Shown here: positions 25,745 through 38,728 of the stretch, in pieces | Layout of the letters: each line of letters starts with the position of its first letter | Numbering within the stretch: the stretch's first letter is position 1 | Assembly: GCF_009914755.1 (NCBI RefSeq) | Contig: NC_060929.1 | Length of the DNA stretch: 64,000 nucleotides | Strand: one strand, 5' to 3' | Source of the DNA: the human T2T-CHM13v2.0 reference genome, Homo sapiens | The notes under the pieces: generated by a model | Databases searched by the model: none | The model's input: only the letters and a program-made list of their open reading frames with translations | What the model was told of the DNA's origin: nothing | Program-made: the position numbers and the translations under genes

Positions 25745-25988
25745 GGCTGGGCTCACACCTGTAATCCCAGCACTCCAGGAGGCCGAGGCGAGAGGGACAG
25801 CCTGAGGCCAGGAGTTGGAGACCAGCCTGCGCAAATAGTGAGACCCTCCCTGTCTCTACAAAACTTTAAAAGGTGTGATGGCAGGCATCTGTAGTCCCAG
25901 CTACTTGGGAAGGCTGGTGTGGGAGGATCACCTGAGCCCAGGAGTTCAAGGCTGCAGTGAGTTATGATTGCTGCACTGCACTCCAGTC
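25745..25988 (+). mobile_element. AluJ (Jo/Jr-like), 3'-truncated, nested in Tigger2
   Basis: gctcacacctgtaatcccagcac...gagcccaggagttcaaggctgcagtgag...cactccag, with no poly-A tail. Confidence 0.9.
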
Positions 25989-26188
25989 CTCTTAAAAGAA
26001 GATTTTTGATTACATGGGAAGTTGGTGCCCCTACACATTGTTCAAAGGTCACTGTACTTAAATTTAGGTTATTCCATACGAATGAATGGATGATTTTCTA
26101 AACGTAAGTTGTATACATCTAGATGTACTTTATCAACTGGAGAACTGTATTTACCATTGAGTAATATAATATTTAAAATTAAATCCTG

Positions 26189-26332
26189 AGGAGGGGGAGT
26201 GAGGGTTGAAAAAATACCTGTTGGGTCTAATATTCACTATTCAGGTGATGGGTACACTAAAAGCCCATACTTCACCACCCAGCACATGCATTTTAAGAAA
26301 TCTGTACTTGTACCCCCTAAATATTAAAAAAA
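26189..26332 (+). mobile_element. Short L1PB-type 3' end
   Basis: gagggttgaaaaaatacc...ggtgatgggtacactaaaagccc...cttgtaccccctaaat plus A tail. Degenerate TSD aaaattaaatcctg / aaaagtaaattttg. Confidence 0.85.
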
Positions 26333-27630
26333 GTAAATTTTGGACACTTGAAACTTTTCCAAATAGTCTCAAGAAATAGTTTCTATAATTTGAATCTTTC
26401 CTTTATAACATATTTGAAACATTTTTTTCTGATGTAACCAGCACCTTACATACACTAAATATTTTTATTTCAAGATATATGAAAACAAACAAGTAAACAC
26501 CTGATATTTTTTGTAAAAGAGTATTTTCAGTAAGGATTGGTTTTGCTAAAATAAGTTTATTAACAAGACTTGATTCAGTTGGTCTTTTAGTAAGGTTAAT
26601 TCCACTTGGTTTAATTGAAGCAAATCTTGATGAAATAGTATTATGCTTCCATTTACTTCTTTCTATCATCTACCCACAATATATGTAATAGTGATTACAT
26701 TCAGCCAACTATTTTTCAGGTCAAGAGAGATGTCTTCAAGAAAACAGACTATGATTGACAGTTCTCCCAAATCAGTAATATCATAAATATTTATATATAC
26801 AGTTATAAACAAACTATTAGTTTAAGAAATGCAATTTATCCTTGGTGATAATAGCTTTGAAGGTTAAAAGGCAGAATTTAACATTTTAGTTCTCTAAAAT
26901 CTTATGCTTTCAACAACAACAAACTGTTCTAACTAAAGAATATCAGACAATGTAGTTCTCTCTCTACTGATTACATTTTTTTAGATATGCTTACAGCATG
27001 TAGTAACTACTATGTGCTTAAAAATTATTTGTGTGCATTAAATGCATTACTTGGCAGAACTCTTCAGACAACAAGTAATGAAAGATTTCAAATAAAATTC
27101 CATTCCCAAAAGCTTCTACTTAAGTAGTTTGAATTTATTGAAGCTCCTAATATAGTAAAATCTACTGAATTTTAGGTGACAATCTCTTTTTAAAGCGAAC
27201 CCTATAAAAGGAGCAAGTTGCATCCACAGAGAACTAACAAAGTGCAATGTACTTAATTTCTTGAACAGATTTTATTAGATGCTAAATATAGTAAGCCTCT
27301 CCAGAGACAGTATTACATTTCAGGGGATTAGAGGATTTGTAAAACCACTGTCTGCTCATAATGGAGGGCTTATCAACTGAAAAATATTTTTAATGATTTT
27401 ACTGAGTATATCATCACATCCATGAACATAAGCTGCATTTAAGACTGCAATGAAGCATGATCTAGTGTTTTGATCGCTTTTATAAGAGTTACATAATATT
27501 TGTAACGATTCTTCAGTATACTATAAATTTTCTTAACCTGGATAAAGCACTGTTTCATTTATTTGGTATTGTGGAAAAGAAAGAGTTCCATATAAGTGAA
27601 ATAAACACATAGCACAATCTTACTACTTTA

Positions 27631-27713
27631 CAGTGGGTTACTTCATGTGAAATTGACACTTTTGTGGGTCAAAAATTGTTAAATACGGACAATTTCAAAT
27701 GGCTCAGCTTATA
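27631..27713. mobile_element. MADE2 mariner MITE
   Basis: About 80 bp, quasi-palindromic: catgtgaaattgacacttttgtgggtcaaaaa...caatttcaaatggctcagct. Confidence 0.7.
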
Positions 27714-27889
27714 CACCAAAGGTTTCTCATTTTATTAATAACTACTTTGGGTAGAAATAGTTCTGGAAATTTTTACTTTCTTGATTATCTTTTAAAATAG
27801 CCTTTATTAGATCTAGGCAAACTTTTACTTAATGATAATGATTTCACTCTGCTGTAGTAAGAAGCTGTGCTCAGAACTACTGAAGAGAT

Positions 27890-28522
27890 TGTTACTAAAC
27901 CCCAATGCCTAACGGGCCCATGTAGGTAAAGGCAACAGGTGAAGGTGCTTTAATACATTATTTTGACAGGGACACACTTTGTTTGCACATAACACACAGA
28001 AATATACTTCTCCTCCGAAAAGACATGCACTTGCTGCCTTTCTGTATCTGCCACTCATTCCTCTAGGCCTGCCTTCCTATTGCTCGCTTTTGATGGTGAC
28101 TCAGATGTAATAAGTACATTGTTCGGTTTCTTTTCAGCCAGAGTATTTTCAAAAACACACAAAGATAAATGGCAACCAACACTGGGCCTCCGAGTTGGGG
28201 AGATAATGGGGAAAGGTAGGCACTGGGAATACTGAAATGCCCTCCGTGAAAGTGGGGGCTGTGGTAAACTGGAACCACATACAGTGCAGTCAGTTTAAAT
28301 TCCCAAGAACGAATACCTTTTAGGAATGTAGCTGCAGTGTTGCTAGATCTTGAATTCTTCAAGAGAGACTTGAAATAGACTTTTAAAAATGTGAATTACC
28401 TGATATTTAACTGCTAGCAACCAAAACAAGACAAAAGAAAAACACCGTGTAGAGGAACATCGTGAGAGCTAAACGAAACCAGTTTGTGAGCTGAATATGG
28501 CCCATGGAGTTTGGAATCTCTG
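27890..28522 (+). mobile_element. MER103-like hAT-Charlie fragments
   Basis: caatgcctaacgggccc...ggtaa at the start; ttcaagagagacttgaaatagac...atgtgaattacctgatatttaa...gctgaatatggcccatgg near the end. Confidence 0.5.
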
Positions 28523-29724
28523 TTCTAATTGTTTCCGTACTATGCTGTGGTTTTTTAGTTTTTCTGTGTATTTCTCTCTCTTCCCTTGTTTTCATAGCTG
28601 TTTTTCAGCAGTTCCGAAGTTAGCTGGATACTTTGAGAAATCAGATCATCACACTTGTCACAACAGTATATAAAGTTGGAATTAATAGGTTTATATGGGA
28701 GGAAAGGACAAGAGATTTCTCTGAAATGATTTAATTTATTGATACATTAAATCAATAAATTAATTTATCCAATACATCATCACAGCAGTTTTTTAAAGAA
28801 ATATTTATTACTGGCAATCTACTAATGCAGCTCAGAGTATCAGAGACACAGGTAAGAAAGAGCAGTTGCCATGTGTTATTATCCTACCACAGCATTCCTT
28901 TATTAGGGTAGGAGTTGCGGCGGTCAAAATTGTTAACACTGCAAGATTTCAAACAGGTAAATTCGGATTATCCCTCAGACCTAAGCAAAGCATGGGTATC
29001 TCAGAGGCTGTTCTCCTCCTTCTGTTAAGTAAAGCAGCTACCTGAAGATGATGTACTCTTGGAGACCATCTAAAAATATCTTTTAGTACTTTCTTCCCAT
29101 CTGCCTTTATTTATTTTTTAAAAGTTCTTATTATGGAAATTTAAAAACAAAAGTACAAGAGATTTTATGCATGCACTTTGTGGTATCTATTTTAATTGCA
29201 CAAAGTGTTTTTTTTTTTAATAACTTGCAGGCTTTTGGTTCATGTTCTAGTTGAAGTTGGTTGATAATTGATCTCCAGACAATTGAAATTTTACTGTAGT
29301 TTGTATAATAAAAATCATCATTCACTACACTGACTGAATAAAAAGTGAAGAGAATAGAAATTTTGTGTTTTGTCTCAGTTAGTCATTTATAAGACTGAAG
29401 AACTTTCCTGTGTATTTCATCAACCTCTAAATGATCAAAATGAAAACTAATAAATCATTTAGATTTTGTCTTTGTAACTGTAACCTGACTTGTAATCTAA
29501 GCTTACAAAAACAACAAAAAGACTTCGGCAACATAACTCTGGAAAATATTTGATATTTTACAGACCTTACAACAGTGAGACATGTCATTCTACATTATTT
29601 TTTGCTTTTGATTTTCAATTTAAATATTAGCTTTACTTGATACACCTTTAAAATAAACTATCACTGAAAAAGAATTAATGAGGTATATTTATAGAGTTAG
29701 TAGCAGTCAGACATACAATAACTA

Positions 29725-30015
29725 ATGAAAAATGTATTTATTGAGCATTTTCAAGGTACTTGAAACAGTATCTCATCCTCACTATAACACTGCAATGTAT
29801 TAAGGTAAGCCACACGGAAATGCTGTTTTTATAGTCCAAACATCAGCAATTTCAAGTGGTTCAAGTTAATAAGTAATATTAGCATAGATCTTATTTTACA
29901 GAAGAGGTAACTAAGTAAAGAGAGGTGGAATGATTTGTTTACAGTCATGCAGTTAGTCAGCGGCAAAGCTAAGATTCACATTGAGGTCTGCCTGGTCCAG
30001 AAGCCTGTATTCTTA
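29725..30015 (-). mobile_element. MIR SINE interrupted by MADE2
   Basis: tatttattgagcat... [insert] ...attttacagaagaggtaactaag...agaggtggaatgatttg...cagttagtcagcggcaaagc. Confidence 0.75.
29798..29871. mobile_element. MADE2 mariner MITE
   Basis: TA-flanked quasi-palindrome tattaaggtaagccacacggaaatgctg...cagcaatttcaagtggttcaagttaata. Confidence 0.7.
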
Positions 30016-30457
30016 TATCAAAGAACTGTGGTGGGACATCTGCTGATAGGCAAAGACAGAATAAAAGGAAAAAGGTAAAGATAGGTCTTTAACTACGGGA
30101 GATTTATAACTTGCTTAGGGAGAAAATAATAATGCCAAAATTACCAGGAAAAATAGAAACCATCCTAACACAAAATGCAAAATATTGGGACATTCGTTTT
30201 TACACCATGATTTGAGCTTTACTGGTGCAACTTCAGAATCAATTTTCCTCTGCTGTTCTTCATTTCTCAAGTGCTTTTTTCTTGAGGCCATTAGAGCACC
30301 ATGTCACTGGTTGGCAAGAGAGAAGTATTGATTATACGATCCAAGTACTACAAGGGCAGCTTTCTCTAAAATATCTATAGTTACATATTTATGAGAATTA
30401 CATTTTGACTTTGATATCTGCATAATTCATTACAAAACAAACAGACTTCTAAAATAT

Positions 30458-30895
30458 TAATGACTCCAAGCCTAGATCCCCTTTCCAGAGCTCTCCACTG
30501 CATTTCTGCCTCCGGGGCTTCACCTGGATGCTCTAGAGGTACTCAAAAGCAACATGTCCATTTATAAACTCACTCTTTTGTCTCTAAACCTATTCTTCCT
30601 CCTATTTCCTATCTCACGATGGCACCACAGACTTGTCCAGATCAGAGCCAGGAGAGACACCCCCTTCTCCCGCTGCCACTGGCCTCCAAGTTCAAATCAG
30701 TAACTCACTATTGATCCTGTCTCCTAAATAACTCTACCATCTCTTTCAGCATCTCCAACCCCACTGACTCTGCTCTATTTGGATCCTCATCATCTCTCCC
30801 CAGTCAACGACCAAGTCTAACTGGTTTCTTGACTCCGGTCTTGCCCCACTCCAATCTAGCTTTCTTAGAAAGGAAACTTTCTGTTACATCATCTG
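30458..30895 (+). mobile_element. L2 fragment
   Basis: tcacctggatg...ctcaaaagcaacatgtcca...tggcacca...ctcatcatctctccc...cttgccccactccaatc. Confidence 0.8.
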
Positions 30896-31446
30896 ATATA
30901 TAACTATATCTAGTTTCTAGTTATACCAAGCATATTTAAAAGATGAAAAACCACCTTCTCTCCTTAAATAGCCTGCTTTGGGGCCTAGAGCAAAAGCACA
31001 GACATCATAAACACTAGATAACTCAGGTTTTGGCAGGTAAGTAATATCCACTGACAGGTTGGGCTCCTTAATGGAATATTTATTCATGCTAATAATAAAA
31101 TGTAATAACAAAACCCAAAAATATATTTTGCTTAAATAAATTTGCTAAAGGACCAAATGTGTAAAATAATATCCATGCTTATATATTATCATTCTAAGAA
31201 AATATAACATATGCTTAATTGCTATTAGATTTTTTAACTCCAGGAGTGACATTCTGACACAATGCTGAAGAACCCCCAATTTTGCGGCAGGACCTCTGGG
31301 TCCCTCATTTCCAGGGGTGAAGCAGGAGGAGGAGGGTGAAGGTGGGAAGCAGAGGGAAGAGGAGGGAAGAGGAAAGGAAGATCCCAAATAAGTGAGATTC
31401 CTAGCTTCCTGCTTCCAACTCAAACAGGGCAGCTGAACTTTTTTGC

Positions 31447-31462
31447 TATATATATATATATA
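31447..31462. repeat. (TA)8 microsatellite
   Basis: Read directly from the sequence. Confidence 0.9.
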
Positions 31463-32804
31463 TGGATTGTGGATCTTCATAAAACTTAATAATAAAAGAA
31501 TAATAATGCTTCAAATAGTAATTTTAAAATTATTGCTCTATAGTCTAAGAGATGAGAAAAATTTGAATAGATGAGAAAAATTTCAATTTAGTGTGTAGCA
31601 ACTAATTGTATATATACATAAAAACAGTTTGTAACTAATCATTAACACAAAACCAATTCCTCTTTCATAAATATAAAACTATTCTGTGCCTTCTTAAACA
31701 TTTTCTGTTTATAAAATATCTGATGTATTTCTAAAAAGAGCTTATCCCAAACTCAAGATTTTATCCAACATTGTTCTGATTAATTCCTTTTGCTTTGATT
31801 TCTCATATAATCTACTTTTTTTGTTGTTGTTGTTAAGCAAGAATAACCTTAAAACAAGGTGTATGGGATACCTCCTCAGACATCCATGTTGACATTTGTT
31901 TACTATTTGTGAAATAACATATACTGAGTATATATTGTGAAAAATGACTCTTCAAAATACATCAAATACACTCAATTACAGACATGTATAGTTAAATACA
32001 GCCAACAACAGGTCATTCTGAGCATACATATGATCACAATGTATGTGCTACGTGCATGTATGTATATATCTTCTCTCTCTGGATATACAGATGAAGCTAT
32101 AACTCACCCACACTAAAAGATTATTTTCAAGACTTTGTCCATCTGGAATTATTTCCATAGTGGAATTTCATATCACACTTTTGGGGTGGAGATTCCCTTT
32201 TAATAAATTCTATATGTTTCACATTTTCTCTGGGCCTCAGCTGCCTCAGGCAGCTACAGCCTCCTGTGGTAATTTGTGTGTCTACCTTTGTGCATATATG
32301 CCTCTGGGCAACATTTCTTAGAATGAAGTATGGGACTGTAGTCAAACTCAGCAGGAATATAAGGGCATGACCACATTGGGAACCAATCTAATATTATGCC
32401 CAAAGAAACTGAAAAGGAAAAGAGGCAGACTACATGCCTAGAGTGAAGCTTTTTTTTTTTTTCAAGAAGTTTAGCAAATCTGGTTAAATTCCCTGGATCC
32501 AAATGTATATTTTGACCTTTTCTTGGAAACTAGATGACAGGCCAGCCAAGTAGTCAGAATAATTTCTACTAATACATATTTTTAAAAGGCATGTTCCTTA
32601 AACATCATAGTGATTCAAGATGTTATGTTTATATGTATATGCTAAATGTGAATAAAATATATCCAGTATTTATTACTTTAAGCTTCATATACTAATGCTT
32701 AATTGATAAAAACTATTTTAAATATAAGTAAAATAAGAGGGAAAACAATATAGCACCCACTGTTATGAAAAGCACTTTGAACATAAAAACAACAAAGGGA
32801 ACAA

Positions 32805-33030
32805 CAGTTTTTGAATATTTACTTTGTGGTAACATCATGCTAAGTGCTTTCATGTATATTTACCAACTAATCCTCAGCCCATTCTTGTGATGTAGGTGCT
32901 ATTTGTATCATCTAAATGAGAAGGCTACATTTCAGATGATTGAGCAACTTAAGGACCCAGTTAATAAGAAGTAGGGACAGGACTGGAGTCCAGGTCTGTC
33001 TGACCATACAGGATCCCAACATCTCACCTC
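32805..33030 (-). mobile_element. MIR SINE
   Basis: gctaagtgcttt...aatcctca...gtaggtgctatt...aaatgagaagg...caggtctgtctgacc. Confidence 0.7.
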
Positions 33031-33834
33031 ATACCACTGGGTAATCAGATAAAACTGAAAAAAGGACATAAGGTAAAAACATTTGAGTGGGGAGGACACG
33101 TCTAGGAAGAGGGCTAATAACTGCAAATTGTTATGAATAGTAAACTAAAGTAACCAAAGAGATTTAAAAGCAACTAAGGAGTGGAATACCGTTTCATTTA
33201 AACAGTCTGAACAAAACAAAGAAACTACACATTCATTAACATTATGAAATATTTAGGTAGCTTATAATACTACTGTTACATTAAACTTAATTTTCTTTCA
33301 ATTAGGCAATATCTCTAGAGGAGTTTCCATTCCGCATGGCAAGTAATGTGATACTGAAATGCAAGGGCAGACATTTTCTAGTCAGAGTTAGAAATACAGT
33401 CAAACTTTCAAATCACAATTAATATCTTCGTAAAATAGATAAAACTCCCATGACATATATAGTAATTCATTGATGAATGGAGCAAAATATTAATAGCTAA
33501 TTTGCACCTTCCTACCCTGTTGTCCTCTACCTCTCCTTGACCATACCATCCATTTACACTTCACACATTGACCTTGTAAAGACCTCTGAAGTGTGACTAC
33601 AGTGTAACGAATAAGGAGTAGTCTCAAAAGACGACTAATTTGAAGGCAGTGACAATGATCTAAATGGGGAAGCTCTAGTTATGTTGGTTAAAGATCAGTC
33701 ACATTACTTTATAAGCATCCTTTGTGCTTTTAGAATGAAATTATTCAGCAGCCACAAACACATACATACGGGCTCAGAACTAAGCACCTGTGAACTCTCA
33801 ACACAGTGCCTGGCTCAGCGCAGCTGCAAAGTAG

Positions 33835-34598
<764 letters not shown>

Positions 34599-37500
34599 AA
34601 TAACCAACATGATTCTACCTGGCAGTAGGCTAAGAACTAATTCTGATGTATTTTGGTTATTTAGTCAAGTTAGGTTATTTGCTAATTTCTCCAATATTCA
34701 AATACTGTCTCTCACATGCAGAGAATCCACTTTTTAATTCAACAAATGATAATACAGATCTACTAGGTTAAGTTTCAGGCACAATCCTTAGGCCTGGAAT
34801 ACAAAAGAATAGGTTGAGTGGGAGACATTAAAATATATCATTTAAAGCTAAAAATATCCATATATTCAAAGTTAAAGGAAGTCTGAGCTCATCTGAGAAA
34901 ACGACATACATAAAAACTGAGATATGTGGCCAAAAACCTATATGCAATTAATTCTCCATAAAGAGCTATGGATTTATAGGTAGGGATAATCTCATATGTG
35001 CTGGAGTAGTCAGAATACTTAGGAGAAGTGGGCTATGAGCAGGGCCACTGAAGCACAAGACAGCTGAAAAGTGACAGGAGGACTGCGGGGCAAAGGCCCT
35101 TGGGTGGGAATGCTCGTGGTAGAATGGAGTTCAATGAGCATATGAGGGAGCCTTTATATCTCTGGAAAGAAACCGCTAGCATCAGGGTGGGAAATGTAGT
35201 TTGAGATCTTCTGAGGACAGTGTTAAATGTTAAATGCCAGTTTGAGAAGTTGAACTGTATTAATGGCCCCCAAAGCCTCAGGCTTATGGATCTGGGACAG
35301 TGAACTCCTTCTGAAATGGTTCTATCTGCCGTTGTCAGTGCACACCTTTGCTGGCTGCAGCACAGCAAGTGGCCGTCGTGATAGATTGTGCCCCATCTTA
35401 ACTATGATTAACTGAACCTGTGATAGTCTCATTTGTACACTTAAATGAACATAAATAGATGTTTAGAGCAACCTATATTGAGATTCTGGGTAAAAAATGA
35501 ACAAAATTAAATGAATTCTATACTGTGAATCAATGTAGATTGAGTAAAAACACAGTGAAGGGAGTATTTCCAGTCAGACCGTTTTGAAGGCTCATTATTA
35601 ACTCATTTAAGTGGATTCTGAGTACTTCAGAAAGAACAATTGAGCCAAGTTTCCATGGAAAGAGCCACAATTTGTGCACAGTGCTTCAAGACTGTCAAAT
35701 TAGCTTCAAATAATGATACCTACTGTATGTGAACAGTGTTTATTGCTCAGTGGCTACACATAACTTGCATATTCTTTAGATTAACAGAGCTTCAAACCAT
35801 AATTAGCTGCCTTGCCTAATGAGCACATGGAACTTTAGGAAGGTGGTTGAATGAAATTGTCTTTAAGATCCTTGAACAACAATGAGAATGATGGAAATAC
35901 AAAGAATAGCTATTAGTTCTGGAGGCCTTTGAAACATTTTGCCCCTAAACTAAAATATTTCTTCAGCCTATCCTGCATCATAAGCTTAAGTAGCAAAATC
36001 TTACTTTTCTCACTAATTGAGGCCTTTTTGCCTGAGGGATTTTTCAAGAAAACATAATGGCAGCATCTTCTTCACATCCTCACCCAGTGAATTCTGAGAC
36101 TCTAAATAAAACATAAAGCTCTAGTGCAGAGACAAGAGAGGTGAGCAGAAGGGCTGAGCACAAAGATTGAGCCAGGCCGTCAGAATGCATCAAGCCTCAC
36201 TCTTGAAGCACTGGGATCAGACCAGAGCAGTCCTCTACTTCCAAGGAGGTTTAAACATTTCAGGAATAAAAGTCAGTCCTGAGGAAGGCAAACAAATATA
36301 TTTATATTTACCTTACTGTTATTGCTGCTGAATGTATATGATACACTTTGGTTGTGTTCTACAAACCTGGCTTCTTTAGAAAAGTAAAGTCACTAAATTA
36401 TTCTTGGGGAGCTACATACACTGAACTAAAGTGACTTCACCACAAGCCACTCAAATAAATGCAACTCAGAATCTCCAGTGTCATTTGCTTGCAGTGTGGG
36501 ATGGGGGTTTGGGGAGGGAGGTTATCTGGGGTGGGTAAAGGCCTGGCCATGGGGGATTAGGGGACAAACTATTCAAGCAATTCAAGAAAAGGAAGAAAAG
36601 AAATAATACAATTGGGCCTGACTGTTTTGAAAACTAAGTATGACGCAAATGAAGTAAATTAAAAATCTTTTAATCTTAAAAACTTAATGAGTGATAAATT
36701 ATAAATACATCTACTAGGACTTCTAGAAGGCTGACATACAATTTTAAGACTAATTGTTTTGGTCTTCAAAACGACAAAATGAGAAACAGCATGGTGTAGC
36801 AGAGATTCTCACTAAAAAGTATCCATCTGAAACTGACAGCAAGCATCAGATTTGATGGTCCAGTAGTGTAAGTATCCATTAAAGCCATAAACAAGTTAAG
36901 AGATGCCTCAAACATTCCCAATACCCAGTATATTCATGGTCCTAGATAATCACAATAAAAAAGAAGAAATATGAGGCATAAAAATTGGAAAGAGGCAAAA
37001 TGATCAGGATTTCCAAAGGATATAATTGCTTACCTAAAAAAGTATAAGAAACTCAAGCTGATATACCATTAAAAATATTTTTTAAAAATTTAGTATGTTA
37101 GCTAGTTACAAGATCCACAAAACCAGTTGTATTCCAACACAGTAGCAAGAACCAGTTAGAATTAGAGAAAAGATTCCACTGACATTAGAAAAAACATCAA
37201 AAAAAGTTATATAGGAATAAACCTAACAAAATATGAAATAGCTTTGTTGAAAAAAGTATAAAACTTTATTAAAGGACATTAAGGAAGACCTGAAATGGAG
37301 AGCTATACCAAATTTAAAAATGGGAAAATCTAATGCTATAAATACGTCCTTTGTCTTCAGAAAAATCATTCTGTGCAAAACTACATTCAATGTAATCCCC
37401 TAAAAATACCAACATGATTTTTAAGAAAAGTTTAAGAAATTGATCATAAATTAATATGAAAGAATATTATGTGAGAATAAGTAAGATAATTCTAAAAAGT

Positions 37501-37849
37501 AGTTAAGAGAGGGATGAATCTGCTAGATACACAGTCATTATGTAAGTTGCAGTAGTAACAGTATAGTGTTGATGTCAAAATAGACAACTAGCTGAAGAGA
37601 TTCCAGGAACAGACTTGTGGATATATGAAAATTTTTATAAGAGAAGTGCTATATCTAATCATAGGAAAAAGGATATTGATAAATGATGTAGAGAAAATTC
37701 ATGTTTCGTGTATTAAAATACACAGATGCCAATATCACATATAAAAAGCAAATTCCAGGTGGACTAAAGACTTAAACCTTAAAAGAAAACTGAAATAATT
37801 ATGATACTAGAGGAGAATATCTGACTTTGTGTTGCAGAGGTGTTACTTC

Positions 37850-38050
37850 ATAATAGAAAACACTTATGTGGTGTTTATTCTGTGCCAGGTACTTTATATA
37901 TATTAACTCACACACCTTGCAGCAATCTATAAGGTAGATACTATTATTATTCTCATTTTATGGCTGAGGAAATGAAGGCATCCAGAGATTATGAAGTTGT
38001 TCCAGACCTCACAGTCAGTAAGTGACAGAGTTGGAATTCAAATCTCAACT
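37850..38050 (-). mobile_element. MIR nested in L1ME
   Basis: tgtgccaggtac...aggtagatactattattattctcattttatggctgaggaaatgaaggc...agtaagtgacagag. Confidence 0.8.
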
Positions 38051-38544
38051 GTTAAGACCTAAAGCACATAAAGGAATAGATTGAAAAATGTAGCTTCATA
38101 AAATTAAATTCTTCTAAAAGCCAAATACATTTTAAGCCAAGATAAATTTATGTGGCAGAATAAGAGAAAATATTTGTAGCATGTAACAAAATAGGGTCAA
38201 GAATATATATTTTTAAATTTTACAAAGGTCTACAAAAATAGAAACATGGGCAATGGTTACAAATAATTTACAGAAGAAATAAAACCGGCCAATAAATATA
38301 TTAAAATGTTATACTTCACTAGTAATAAGGGAAATGCAAATTAAAATGTCACTGAAAGGACCTTTATCATTGGACAGAACAGCAAATAAAAAGGTTTGAT
38401 AATACAAGGTGTAGGCAAGAATTAGGAAAATGGACACTTTCTCATACTGCTGAGGGGAGTATAAATCGATGTAGCCAATCTGGAGGACAATTTGGAAGTA
38501 GCAATTAAACTGAAAATGAATACAGCTCAGGATCCAAACATTTA

Positions 38545-38728
38545 CAATACTAACAACTTTCTTTATCTGGAGTGCTTACCTTGTGCCAAGCATGTAACTC
38601 CACACCTTAAATACATTATTCATCTAATCCTTATCACAACTCCATGATGAAGAGAATGAAACTCAGATTGTTAAGGCAACTCCTCTAAGGTCCCATAGCT
38701 AGTAAGTCCAGAGCTGGGATTTAACCAG
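38545..38728 (-). mobile_element. MIR nested in L1ME
   Basis: gagtgcttaccttgtgccaagc...tcatctaatcct...aaggtcccatagctagtaagtccagagctgggatttaacc. Confidence 0.8.

Larger units (their letters stand above)
22831..26054 (+). mobile_element. Tigger2 DNA transposon; left end missing, right TIR present, interrupted by L1PA and Alu
   Basis: gagtatccacttaaaa...agtaaaaagtgatctc...ATGggacatatac matches Tigger2. Ends ttgttcaaaggtcactg followed by TA. Confidence 0.9.
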
